In this document: positions 1 to 12,660 of the stretch, piece by piece
How positions within the stretch are numbered: position 1 is the first letter of the stretch
How the letters are laid out: each line of letters opens with the position of its first letter
NCBI RefSeq assembly: GCF_009914755.1
Contig: NC_060942.1
Length of the DNA stretch: 64,000 nt
Direction: 5' to 3' (one strand)
DNA from: the human T2T-CHM13v2.0 reference genome, Homo sapiens
The notes under the pieces: model-generated
Told to the model about the DNA's origin: nothing
Seen by the model: the letters and a program-made list of their open reading frames with translations, nothing else
Databases searched by the model: none
Program-made: the position numbers and the translations under genes

Positions 1-849
1 GGAAGACTGGATGCTGCACCTGCCAGAAACCCTGGCAGCGGGATTCCAAATGAGATTCTGTCAACCAAAGGCACTTGCATGAGGTCTGGAAATCAGAAGA
101 GAAGTAGGATTTCATTTCTGTCAAACTGACAGTCACAATTGTCACAATTCCACTTGTGGAAATGTATGCTTGTTGTTCTTCTTTAGCTGTGGTGAGTAGA
201 TGTGAGGACTTTACACAGAGGCGACTTGAAGCAGCCTCCTTTCTGGGATCTTCCCGGAAACTCCCTGCACCCGGGCTGGAGACAGCTGTAGATGGGCCAG
301 TGGATTCTTCCAGTGCTGGAACTTCTGACTTGTTGAAACCTCCAAGTCAATCTGAACTCAGGAGACTCCTTCAAGCCTGTGCATGCAGGCCTTCAGATTC
401 ACAGCTCCCTCACCCTCTGTTTTAAATGCTATTCTGAATAAGTGTCTAGATTTTTTTCCTTCTTCCCGACTAGCCTTTAACTGATACCTCAGGTCTAATA
501 CATTGCTAGAGAGGGAAATGTCAGTCAGCCTTGTTGAAAGGGAAACCGAGGTGAATGTGGCCACTGCCTGGGGTTCCCACCCACAGCTCCTCTGCCCACT
601 GCAGGCACACAGTACAGCATATCCTCTTTCCCTGTCCCTCCAGGACGATGCTGCGGCTCTGACAGAGCATCCTCAGGGAAAGGTCCAGAGGCAGAAAAGC
701 ACAACCCGTTCCTTCCTGTGAGGCTCCTTCACCAGCAAGAAAAACCTTCACTGCAGACGCTTTCGTGCCTCCTTGGCCAGAACTGATCTCATCTATATCT
801 ATTTTACCTGTCACGAAATCACAAACTACCCCAAAGTTTAGTGGCCTAC

Positions 850-1374
850 TAGTGGTCCCCAACCTTTTTGGCACCAGGGACCAATTTCGTGGAAGAAAAT
901 TTTTCCACAGACCAGGGAGAGGGGATGGTTTCGGGATGATCCAAACACATTACCTTTATTGTGCACTTTATTTCTATTATTATTACGTTGTAATATATAA
1001 TGAAATAATCATACAACTCACCATAATGTAGAATCAGTGGGAGCCCTGAGCTTGTTTTCCTGCAACTAGACAATCCCATCTGTGGGTGATGGGAGACAGT
1101 GACTGATCATCAGGCATTAGATTCTCATAATGAGGCTGCAGCCTAGATCCTTCACACGCAGTTCACAATAGGGTTCGTGCTCCTATGAGAATCTAATGCT
1201 GCTGCTGATCTGACAGGAGGCGGAGCTCAGGTGGTAATGTGAGCAACAGCGAGCAGCTGTAAATACAGATGCAGCTTCACTTGCTCTAGCGCCGCTCACA
1301 TCCTGCTGTGCGGCCTGGTTCCTAAAAGGCCACAGACTGGTATCAGTCAACTGCCTGGGGGCTGGGGACACCTG
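850..1374. mobile_element. MER1A hAT-Charlie non-autonomous DNA transposon, full length
   Basis: Terminal inverted repeats (tagtggtcccc...ggggacacctg). Internal sequence matches the MER1A consensus as recalled. Confidence 0.85.
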
Positions 1375-1526
1375 GCTTAAACAAAAGCAGCTCATAATTT
1401 TGCAGGGCAGCTATCTGGGCAGTTCTGCACTGCTCTTATCTCTTTCTCTGTGTCTGTCTCATCTAGCAGTTCCTCGGTTTCTCTCTCTCTCTCTCTGTCT
1501 GGCACAATGTAGGTATTAAGAGCTGC

Positions 1527-2017
1527 TGTATTCATTCTCTACATGCCACTGTAAATTACCACAAATTTAGTAGTTTAAATAAAAATAAATGTTAGGTCAG
1601 GAGTCCAGTGTGGGTCTCACAGAGCTCAAATGGAAGTAGCAGCAGGGCTGTGTGCCCTTCTGAAGGCTCCAGGCAAGAGGGAACCTGCTCCCTGCCTCTG
1701 CCAGCTTCTGGAGGCAGCTGCTTTCCTTGGCTCATGGCCCCACTCCATCTCTAAGTCTGCAGCATGGCACTGACCTGAACCTTCTTCCCTCTTCACATCT
1801 CCTGCTGACTCCACTCTGCCTCCCTCATCCACTTTAAAGACTCTGGGATTACACTAGGCAAATTTGAATAATCCAGGCTAAACTAATCTCTCCACCTCAA
1901 GGTCCTTAACCTTAGTCACATGTGCAAAGTCCTTTTTGTCATGAAAAGTCATATATTTACAGGTTCCAGGGATTCGGATATGGATATCCTTGGGAGGGTC
2001 ATTATTCTGCCTACCAC
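1527..2017 (-). mobile_element. MLT1 (MaLR) solo LTR
   Basis: Typical MLT1 ends (tgtatt...ttattctgcctaccaca). Confidence 0.75.
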
Positions 2018-3349
2018 ACCAGCCAGATACAAATTAATTTCCTTTCTTCTTCCCAAAAGCATTGACTCAGGCTTATTCCCAAACGCATTGACTCAGGTTT
2101 ATTCCAAGCCCTAGTGCTTGGCACAGAAACAAGCAGAATTATCTGGGAAAATCCACTCATTCAAGGTGTTCACTGCTCTGGTTTGAGGACTGCTGGGAAG
2201 ATACTTTGAAGGAAAAGATCATGAAAAATAAAGACAGAAGAAAAAATATTCAACTAAAGTTAAACAAGAATATTCAACTAAAGTTAAACAATACACACAC
2301 ATTTAATATGTTATCAACTAAAGATACCAATCCACTAAAATATTTGTTGTTCAAATGCTTTTAGACTTTTTCCTTTCTAATAGTGGTATTCTGGGCTTCC
2401 ATGGGTTTCCAAATGTTAGGATCCACAAGCACTATCCAAGAAAACGAGAAATAAGATGAAAACAAAGTTGGGTTAAAGTCCATTATTATATATGCAGAGT
2501 GAGTTATGTTTTATACCTTTGGCTTATTTTAAGTCATTTTACTAAGATCATATTTACTTAAATTTTCTCTGCTATGGCAATCACATTTCCTCTTCTCCCA
2601 TTCTTTAATTTATGCATATTGATTTCCCTAGGGACCTTTTCAATTCTTCCTTCTTGCATTGTTTCTCTTCTTCATTCTGAGCACCAGCATGCCTTTCTCT
2701 TGCTTAATTTCCTCTCAGAGGAGCCATTCCTCCACTTCAGTGCCCTCAATAAAAAGCTGCGATGTCCTCAAAGTTCAAAGTTGCATCATGGGCATAATTT
2801 TCCTTGTAGTACAACTGTGTAATCAGATTGTTCCTTCGCCAACATTGATCAGGTTTCAGGTGTGTGCATAAATGGGCTGAAACTCTTAATTTTCCTGCAT
2901 TTATTAAAACCAAAAACTGAAATATCTATCATTTTTAACTAGAACACTAAAATCTTGTCTTACACATTGATATCCAGGACACACATCATTCCTGGAGGCC
3001 ACTCCCCCAACACAGAGGCTCCATCTTGATGCCATCTTTGGCTTGTCCTCTTTACGTTTCATATTCAACCACCAACTCCTGAAGAGTCTCCATGAAAATA
3101 TTTGTAAGAGCGACCTCTGCCTCTCCACCTCCATTCTCACTATTCCTAGTTCTCAAAGAATCCATTACGGAGTCAGAGATTCACCTTCTCCTAAATCATC
3201 CTACAACAGCCTTCCCTCAGGTCCACATTCCGAATGAATGCTTTCAGAGTAACAGTATTGACAGACAGATGCCTCACAAACCATCTCACTTAATGCTCTG
3301 ATGATTCACATGCCAGATTGTGACCGCTGGATGGTTGCTATGTGTCTGA

Positions 3350-3560
3350 CACCCTCTAATGCTTTATATGTTTCATTCATTTAACTGTTTTTAAAATATT
3401 AGAGAGCAGGAATTGCTACTATTTTCATGCTACATTTGAGGAAACTGAGGCACCGAGTGGTTAAGTAATTTTCCCAATGTCCTCCCTCACCCTCTAGGTA
3501 GCAAAGCGAGGATTTCAACCCAGATATCTGACTGTAGACCCACACTTTTAACCTCAACAC
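3350..3560. mobile_element. MIR SINE fragment
   Basis: Core gaggaaactgaggcac..ggttaagtaa.tt.cccaa. Confidence 0.6.
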
Positions 3561-3959
3561 CTCACAGCCCACCCATGGGAGGTATTTTCCCCCCACTCAA
3601 CACATAATAAAATAAGCATCACAGCAGTTAGGAAGCCAGCTACAGTTCTGTGGGTCAGTGATTCCCTTTATGATACCCCCTGAGTCCGAGATGTAAATGA
3701 ACAAACTGCCTAACGCAATGATTCCCAAAGTGCATCCTCCAATTGCCACTGACATCTTGGAAAATGTTCATTACGTGGATAAACAGGATTAGGAAATTCT
3801 ACAGACTTTATTCCCATTTTGTAGACACAGAAATCACTCAACACAGCACATTAAAAGCTCTGGTAAGTTCAGCAGCAAAGAAGTTTATCGAGCTTAGTTT
3901 AACCCACTGTTTCTCAAACTACACCGGTCCACAAGTAATGTCATTTTATTCAATGACAT

Positions 3960-4521
3960 TTCATTGTAATATTGATGAGAAAAAAAAATGGAAGCCTGGC
4001 TGGGGCCACTGTCCTTGTGGAGTTAGCATACTGTCTCCACGTCTGCATGGGTTTTCACATATTCCACTTTCCTCCCACATCCCAAAGCTGTGCAGGTTAG
4101 CTTCACTGGCGTGTCTAAATGGTCCCAGTCTGGGTGAGTGTCGGTGTGTGTGAGTGCACCCTGTGATGGAACGGCGTCCTGTCCAGGGCTGGTTCCTGCC
4201 TTGCACCCTGAGCTGCTGGGATGGAATCTGGCCTCCCAAAACCCTGAACTTAAATAATTGGGTAAATAATTATCTTGCTTGTCTTTATTCATCTTTCTTC
4301 AAAGTACGTATAGCTCACATTTATTTCAATGTTTAATATTATAAGTGTTTGGGGTCTTTATTTAGAAGTTTGGTGATGTTTTTGTGACTAGAAATATGCC
4401 ATCAAAACTTAACTTTTATTTATATCAATTAGCCTATGGTAAAATTAGTTTTGTTACATGCTGTTCTACTTAAAGCCACAGTTTCCAAGAACCTATCAAT
4501 GATGCTAAGTGAGAACGTACT
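3960..4521. mobile_element. MER6-type TcMar DNA transposon fragment
   Basis: Characteristic ...cagtttccaagaacctatc..gat..taagtgag..c.tactg end. Confidence 0.7.
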
Positions 4522-4524
4522 GAA

Positions 4525-4910
4525 CAATCGCACATCGCTGAACAATAGGAATCCATTCTCAGAAATCTGTCATTAGGCAACCTTCTTATTGTGTGAAGAT
4601 CCTAGAGTGCACTTACACAAAACTACAAGGTGGAGCCTACCACACACCTAGGCTATATGTTACAGCCTGTTGCTCCCAGGCTATAAACATGTACGGCATG
4701 TTACTGTATGGAATACTGTAGGTAATTGTAACACAATGTAAGTATTTGTGTTTCTAAACATATCTGAACATAGAAAAGGTAGAGTTTAAATATGGTATTA
4801 TAGCCTTATGGAACTTACATCAGTATAGTGTTGTTCCATATAATATTATGGAACCACTGTCATATATATAGTCTGCTGTTTTAGTCTGTCCTTATGCAGC
4901 ACATGACTAT
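4525..4910. mobile_element. Tigger3/Golem (MER7-type) DNA transposon
   Basis: cacacctaggctatat...catgttactgta...aattgtaacacaatg..agtatttgtg signature. Confidence 0.7.
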
Positions 4911-5079
4911 AATTTTACCATGAAATTATATTTTTATATATCATTTATTAGCATACACCACAGGACAGATTTTGGAACATGCTAGGTGATAGATTGAATC
5001 TGAACATCTCCATTTCCTTGTCAAAGGTCTATAAAGTCTACTCCCTTTTTTACCTCTCCAATGTCACTTCTCATCTGAA

Positions 5080-5870
5080 AATCAATCAATGTAATTCAAC
5101 TATCCACAAGTTAAAGAAGAAAAATCATGTGATTATATCAACTGACAAAGAAAAAGCATTTGACAAAATCTAGCATACACTCCCAGTGAAAACTCTTAGC
5201 AAGTTAGTAATAAAAGAGAATCACCTCAACTTGGTAAAGACAACCTATAATCACCCTATAGCTAGAAATACTAAATAGTTTCTCCCTGAGACTGGAAGCA
5301 AGGTTAAAAGGTCCTTTCCTACCACTGCTATATAACATAGTATTGGATGTTCTGGCCATTGCAATAAGGCAAGAAAAAGAGATAAAAGCCATACAGATTG
5401 GAAAAAAAGAAATAAAATTGTTGCTATTTGCAGGTGACATGATTGTCTATGTAGAACCCCCAAGAAATCGACAAAAACTTCTAAAACTAATAAGTGAGTT
5501 CAGCAACTTTGCAGTATACAAGATCAACACCCAAAATTAATTGCATTTCTATATATAAACATGAACATAGAGAAACCAAAAATAACACAATATCATTTAT
5601 AACCATAAGAAATTATGTACATTTAACAAAATGTGTGTAGTATCTTTATGCTGAAAATTAGAACAATTTGATGAAATAAATCAAAGACCTGAATAAATGG
5701 AGACATGTCATGTTCATGGATAGAAAGATTCAAATGGTAAAGATAGCAGCTCTTCCCAAATTTATTTATAATTGTGGCATTATTTATAATATCAAAATAT
5801 TATGAATGACTTAATACCCATCCCTGGAAAACTGGTTGAATAAACTATGGTACGTCCACATAATACAGTA
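5080..5870 (+). mobile_element. Old L1M ORF2 fragment (continues as L1MC-like sequence at about 11870-12280 beyond the HERV-L)
   Basis: Translates to NHVIISTDKEKAFDKI and [10 protein letters not shown] (L1 RT motifs). Confidence 0.8.
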
Positions 5871-5871
5871 A

Positions 5872-6109
5872 GGGAGAAAGATGTAGGATGGGAGGCTAGG
5901 CCTGTCTCTCCTTTTCACATTTTTCTACCTGCTTTATATTCACTGGAAGCTGTTTAGATGGTGCCCACCAGATTAAGGGTAGGTCTGCCTTCCCCAGCCC
6001 ACTGACTCAAATGTTAATCTCCTTTGGCAACACCCTCACAGACATACCCAGGATCAATACTTTGCATCCTTCAATCCAATCAAGTTGACACTCAGTATTG
6101 ACCATCACA
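5872..6109 (-). mobile_element. MLT2A 3' LTR, truncated (distal part missing)
   Basis: Aligns to 11632-11868 with about 21 substitutions and 1 indel in about 238 nt (hand count). Confidence 0.88.
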
Positions 6110-6509
6110 AGTCCACCCCTTGTCAACTTGAACCCATACATGTCTCCTGAGATCACACATAATCTTCAAATAAAGACAATAATAAGGTCATAATTATGCC
6201 CAACATAATACAACTATCCTTCGTACAACCAGAAATGCACCAATCCCCAACCTAAATATTACGTAAAGTTAATAATACTTAAATGCTGATATGAAGTCAA
6301 TAAATCTTATGTCACATGATAAAGGAAAAGGAAATAAATCTTAGTACAAGTGTACACATGCACAAACATGTTTTTAACAAAAGGAGGAAATATGACAATT
6401 ACAGTCCTTGTTTCTGCAGCTGGTCACGTGGTTGTTGCTGGTGTTGATGACTACCTTCTTCTACTACCCATTCCGTATTCCCTTTGCCTTCAGCAAGGAC
6501 CTCAGCAGG

Positions 6510-7139
6510 TCATGGCTTTTTTCCTGGTGAAGTGACCCAAACCTTCAATCCTGAGGAGTCTGGACCATTTGTAGCTCTGCCTGGATTGGGCTGTTGTAGT
6601 TTCCCATTGACCTTAATCACAGGGCATGGTAATAATAAGGGATGCCCTAATGGATCTGCTGTACTCCATGCATACTCTTCCTTACCTCCATTGAGGAGAA
6701 GTAGACTGATTTGACCTTGATAGTCCGGGTCAGCCACCCCGGCCAACACTGTAATTCTCTTCTTAACCTGTTGACTTAAAGGTAGGAGGAGCCCAAAGTG
6801 TTTAGGTGGCAATCTTAACTTCCAGTTTAATGGAATTGTTGTTGTATCTCCCTCTGGAATTAAGACTTCTAGGCTAACAGAATGTAATGTTGTGGGAACA
6901 GGAAGCAAAAATTTTGCTAGTGGATCACTAGGGGTGATGGTGAGTGGTGCCACTTCCACTTCCACCCCTTGATTCCTGGACCCACAAATCCTGGCTATAG
7001 GAGACACAGTACCACATATTGGATGCTGATTCAGAGCACATACGGCCTTCTGGAGAATTTTGCCCCAGCCCTGCAAAGTATTGTCACCTAGTCGGTATTG
7101 TAATTGTGACTTCAAAAGGCCATTCCACCATTCTATCAA
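6510..7139 (-). pseudogene. HERV-L integrase C-terminus plus dUTPase remnant
   Basis: IEWWNGLLK (integrase), then IPLNWKLRLPP.HFGLL and AGVADPDYQGQI (dUTPase motifs). dUTPase downstream of integrase is diagnostic of ERV-L. Confidence 0.88.
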
Positions 7140-8201
7140 TCCAGCTGATTCAGGATTATGGGGAACATGGTAAGACCAGTGAATTCCATGAGCATGAGTC
7201 CATGCTGCACTTCTTTAGCCGTAAAGTGAGTACCTTGGTCAAGAGACAATGCTGTGTGGAATACGATGACAGTGGATAAGGCATTCTGTGAGTACATGGA
7301 TGGTAGTCTTGACAGAAGCATTGTGTGCAGGATAGACAAACCCATATGTGGAGTAAGTGTCTATTCCAGTGAGGACCAACCTCTGGCCTTTCCATGATGG
7401 AAGAGGTCCAATATAATCAATCTGCCACCAGGTAGCTGGCCGATCACCCCAAGGAATTGTGCCATATCAAGGCCTTGGTGTTGGTCTCTGCTGCTGGCAA
7501 ACTGGGCACTCAGAAGTGGCCATAGCCAGGTCACCCTTGGTGAGTGGAAGTCCATGTTGCTGATCCCATGTGTAATCTCCATCCCTGACACCATGGCCAC
7601 TTTGTTCATGGGCCTATTGGGCAATGACAGGGGTGGCTGGAGAAAGAGGCTGAGTGGTGTTCACAGAATGAGTCATCCTATCCACTTCATTATTAAAATC
7701 CTCCTCTGATGAGGTCACCTATTGGTGAGCACTCACATGGGACACAAATATCTTCACAGTATTTGACCACTCACAGAGGTCCATCCACATACCTCTTCCC
7801 CAAATTTCTTTGTTACCAGTTTTCCAATTATGCTTCTTCCAAGTCCCTGACCATCCAGCCAAACCACTGGCTACAGTCCATGAATCAGTATGTAATTACA
7901 CATCTGGCCATTTCTCCCTCCATGCAAAGTGCATAACCAGGTGCACTGCTCAAAGTTCTGCCCACTGCGGAGATATTCCTTCACCACTGTCCTTCAGGGA
8001 TGTCCTAGAAAGGGGCTGTAGTGCTGCAGCTGTGCACTTTTGGGTGGTGCCTGCATATCGTGCAGAATCGTCTATGAACCAGGCCCTAGTATTCTCTTCA
8101 TCTGTCAATTGATCATATGGAACTCCCCATGAGGCCATCGGTGCAGGATGGGGAAGAGAAGGCAGGGTGGCAGAAGTGGAGACCATGGGCATTTGAGCCA
8201 C
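7136..8201 (-). pseudogene. HERV-L RNase H / integrase remnants, fragmented by stops and frameshifts
   Basis: AWFIDDSARYAG...QWAEL (RNase H) and DQGTHFTAKEV (integrase core). Confidence 0.85.
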
Positions 8202-8641
8202 TTCCTCATGTAACTTACTTGTGCCTTCAGGACCTGCTCAAGTCTGATCACATATATACCGCTTCCATTTGTTGATGGAATGCTGCTGTGCAAGACCTAC
8301 TTTATGGCTAGGCACCCAGTTCATGATAGGGGTCCAGGTCACACGGTGACCTGATGACCCATAGTCAAATGTTCAGTTTCCACCAAAGCCCAGTAACAAG
8401 CCAAGAGCTGTCTCTCAAAAGGAGACTAGTTATCTGCAGAAGATGGCAGGGCCTTGCTCCAAAGTCCTAGAGGCCTCCACTGTGATTCACCTATGGTGGC
8501 CTGCCAAAGGCTCCAAACAGTACCCTTATCTGCCACTGCCACTTCAAGCACCGTTGCATCTGCTGAGTCATATGGGCCACGTGGAACAGCAGCTTGCACA
8601 GCAACCTGGACTTGTTGCAGAGCCTTCTCCTGTTCTGGACC

Positions 8642-9493
8642 CTACTTAAAACTGGCAGCCTTTCGGGTCACTTGACAAATGGGCCTGAGTAACACACCCA
8701 AATGAGGAATGTGTTGCCTCCAAAATCCACATAGGCCCACTACGCACTGTGGCTTCTTCTTGGCTGTAGGAGGGGCCAAAGGCAGCAACTTATCCTTCAC
8801 CTTAGAAGGAATATATTGACAGGCCTCACACCACTGAACCGCTAGAAATTTTACTGAGGTGGAAGATCCCTGAATTTTAGTCGGATTTATTTCCCATCCT
8901 GTGGCACGCAAATATCTCACCAATAAGTCTAGTGTGTTTGCTACTTCTTGCTCACTGGATCCAGTCAGCATAATGTCATCAATGTAATGGACCAATGTGA
9001 TATCTTGTGGAAGCAAAAAGTGATCAACGTCTCTCTGAATGAGATTATGACACAAAGCCAGAGAGTTGGCATACCCCTGAGGTAGGACAGTAAAGGTATA
9101 TTGCTGGCCTTGCCAGCTGAGGGCAAATTGCTTCTGGTGGACAGGAATGGAGAAAAAGGCATTTGCCAAGTCAATGGCTGCATACCAGGTACCACGAGAT
9201 GTGTTAATTTGCTCAAGCAATGAAACCACATCCAGCACAGCAGCTGCAATTGGAGTCCCCACTTGGTTAACCTTACGATAATTCACTGTCATTCTCCAAG
9301 ATCCGTCTTTCTTCTGCACAGGCCAAATGGAAGAGTTGAATGGGCATGTGGTGGGAATCACCACCCCTGCATGTTTCAAGTCCTTGATGGTGGCACTAAT
9401 CTCCACAATCCCTCCAGGGATGCGATATTGTTTTTTATTTACTGTTTTCCTAGGTAGGGAGTCAAATGGCTTCCATTGGGCCTTTCCCACCAT
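8642..9493 (-). pseudogene. HERV-L reverse transcriptase remnant (283-aa open stretch)
   Basis: Motifs [32 protein letters not shown] and HYIDD. Confidence 0.93.
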
Positions 9494-9717
9494 AGTAGCC
9501 CTCCCCCTATCAGTCAGGGAGCCAATGCGGGGATTCTGTCAGCTGCTAAGTATGTCTATGCCAATTATGCAAATGACCACAGGATGAGTCTGGGGGCCCA
9601 CTGGACCCACTGTAAGTCAGACCTGAGCTAAAACTTGGAGAAGGATGGGAGAAAGAGTCACTGCATAAATTGCTGGTAATATAGTGGGGTCCTTCCTCAA
9701 GAGCACCCAGCTTCCCT

Positions 9718-11340
9718 TCATTCAAGGGGTTCTGGGTGTGTAAACTGGCTCAAGTCTGGAAATTGATTGAGGGGCCATGATTTTCTGTTTTTATAATTCG
9801 AATTAGTCTTTTGTCCACTCAATCTAGAAGTTTTCTTCCTATGTAGATTAAGTAGAAATGCAGTAGGCTTCCTACCCATTTTACTTCTAGGAACATTGTG
9901 ATTAATTAGCCAATGCCAGAGCTCTACACAAGTCAGACTGTTCTGATTGCTGCTTTGTCTCTGCTGTCCCTTACAGTATCTATGCCTGCCTTGCCTTTGA
10001 TGGTTGAGTGCTGCCACTTGGCCCCTGCCACCTCAGGATCCAATTATTCCCACTGTATTTAAATTTTCTAGTTGAGTGACTGTGGTTCCCACTGTTAGAT
10101 CTGACATACAGAGAAGAGCAATTTCAGGGCTCTTCAAAGATGAAGGTGCTGCACTCACAAATCTATTTTGCAAGGCATTGGTCAAGGGTATATCTTCTGC
10201 ACCCTCCTAGCTGGGATGAGTAAAACTAAAGTGACTAATCCACTCCACCATCCCGATCTCCCTAAGCCTTTGGATCCCTTCCTCTATATTAAGGGAGATC
10301 AGGCATTTCCAGCTTACCCACAGTGGGCCATCTTTTAATCCATATTTCAGCTAACCATGCAAATAAACTATTAGAACCTTTTTAAACTCCCTGAGCTGCA
10401 ACATTAAATGCAGAGTCCCTACTTAGTGGACCCAAATCAGTAAATTCAGCCTGATCCAACACCATGTTCCTCCCACCATTATCCCATACCGTTAATATCC
10501 ATTCCCATGCCTGTTCTCCAGATTTCTGTTTATATAGATTAGAAATCTCAAGGAGTTCTTATCGAGTGTAGCACACCTGCTTATGGATTACACTCTCAAC
10601 CTCACCTCTAGGGGCCTGCGAGAAGTTTAGTTTAGTTATAGGTCTAGAAGCAAACAGGGGTGTTGGGGGTGGCACCTGAGGAGAATCAACATTATTTTGC
10701 CTGGCAACTGCTTCAGGGGAGGCCATCACTGTCGCCTCAGGCGGTGAAGGGTTTATCTTCTCAGACAAAGGTGGAAAGGCTGATGGCAGCATGGTAGGGG
10801 AGAAGGTGTTGCCACTACTGGGGATGGGGAAGCTGTTCCTTCTGGCAAAAATGGTTCATCAGAGTTTACAAACTCAGGGTTCTCCCACACATCCCCATTC
10901 CAAGTTGCAGGGTCCCATTCTTTTCCAATCAAGGCCTTCACTTTAACCGTAGACACCTGGGGAGGCTGTGCATGCACCTTCCATTGCAGGTCAGCCACTC
11001 ACATGATAAAAGTTTGTGTCTGTTTTACCGTAATTTCAGCTCAGGATAATCTTAGCAGATTTGCAGCTCAGTATCTGCTTCTGAAGCCAGGAGACAGAAT
11101 CCCTGAGTTCATCATTTTCTTTCATCACTTTGTCCACTGAACTGAGGAGCAACCAACCAGCTTCATTATGTTCCTTGGTTCCCCACATATGGTCAAAGGT
11201 ATTACGTATAGAGTCACTAAACTCCTTGCCTCTCATGAGCAGTGAAGCAGGAGTGTCATGTCAAATGCATTTATTTTGCATAATTCTCTAAACAGTTCAC
11301 ACCAAGGACTATCAGTGTTTTCCACACTATTAGAAGTAGA
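9718..11340 (-). pseudogene. HERV-L gag remnant
   Basis: Fragments VKALIGKEWDPATWNGDVWE, GWLLLSSVDKV and LWHWLINH are typical of ERV-L gag. Confidence 0.85.
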
Positions 11341-11351
11341 GTACTTAGCAT

Positions 11352-11868
11352 TTTATATATATATATATGTAAAATATATAATATTCCTATATAATATAGA
11401 TCCTATTATATATAATGTATATAGGTGTATATATAATGCCTATGTGTGTGTATATATAATGTATATATGTGTGTGTGTATATATATATGGGAGTTTATTA
11501 AGTATTTACTTACATGATCACAAGGTCCCACAATAGGCCATCCGCAAGCTTGAGGAGCAAGGAGAGCCAGTCTGAGTCTCAAGACTGAATAACTTGGAGT
11601 CCGATGTTCGAGGGCAGGAAGCATCCAACACGGGAGAAAGATGTAGGCTGGGATGCTAGGCCTGTCTCTCTTTTTCACGTTTTTCCACTTGCTTTATATT
11701 CGCTGGCAGCTGATTAGATTGTGCCCACCAGATTAAGGGTGGGTCTGCCTTCCCCAGCCACTGACTCAAATGTTGATCTCCTTTGGCAACACCCTCACAG
11801 ACACACCCAGGATGGCTACTTCGCATCCTTCAATCCAGTCAGGTTGACAGTCAGTATTAACCATCACA
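11352..11868 (-). mobile_element. MLT2A 5' LTR with expanded (TA/TG)n tract; terminal U5/PBS missing
   Basis: MLT2A-type sequence from 11868 down to the TA-rich tract, which abuts gag sequence directly. Confidence 0.85.
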
Positions 11869-12279
11869 GAACTAAAGTTGTATCTGCTTGTCCTTGGTAA
11901 TAGCACTCATGTAGTAATTCTGAAAGCACTTTGTTCAAATTGCATATGACAGAGGAAATGAGTAGATACATTTGACTCTGGTATTACAAGGAACCAGGGT
12001 TCTCACTATGGGTAAGAGATACAAATATGGAATGGGGAAGGGAGAAGAACTCTGAGTTACTGGACTGAAACTGAAGTCATCGGTGGAAACATATGAATTT
12101 TAAAAATGTATTTCTAGTTCTGGTTCTAGTTCCACTGAAAGGGTCTAGAAGTAGCATAGCCCAGTAGCAACACCCACACCTACCTACTTCCCATAACTTA
12201 GTTGGTAGATGCCATCTCCTACTAAACAAGCCAGGGCTCCTTGGGGAAATTCTGATTGCAATCTGGCATGGGGAAATAC

Positions 12280-12660
12280 AAGACCACAGTGTAATCCTTT
12301 GTGGGCATAGACAAAAACAAAGTCCTTGTGCTACAGCCATCACCAAACACCGCCCTCTCCCAGATAACCTGAGTGACAGCTGCTTCTGCTCAAGCTGCAG
12401 CTTTAGCGTCACTCTACTTCCCTACCTCCTCTCACACAGCACCTGATCCAGAACAAACTCCTCACCTCCTCAGCACCCCACTATCTCCTAACACAAGTTA
12501 AATCCTCACAACCAGGCCAGGTGCTGCCCCACCCTTTGCCATCGAGAGAGTGTGTGTGTGTGCATGTGTGTGCGCGCGCGCACGCACTCTCCATTGCTGT
12601 TGCAAGCATCAAAAAGCCTAACTTTGTTGTGCCTGTGGTCTTGACCGAAGAGTGTAAAGC
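12280..12660 (+). mobile_element. ERV1-class LTR fragment (MER67-like)
   Basis: Resemblance to the MER67-type consensus from memory; not verified. Confidence 0.35.

Larger units (their letters stand above)
5872..11868 (-). mobile_element. HERV-L (ERV-L) provirus with two MLT2A LTRs, internally deleted
   Basis: Two homologous LTR segments, each beginning TGTGATGGT on the minus strand, flank gag-, RT-, RNaseH-, integrase- and dUTPase-like remnants. No env. Confidence 0.93.

Noticed and set aside
8642-9493. Possible domesticated RT gene
   Set aside because: Flanking gag/pol regions have multiple stops, frameshifts and deletions. A 283-codon open stretch is plausible by chance in a provirus with about 9% LTR divergence.
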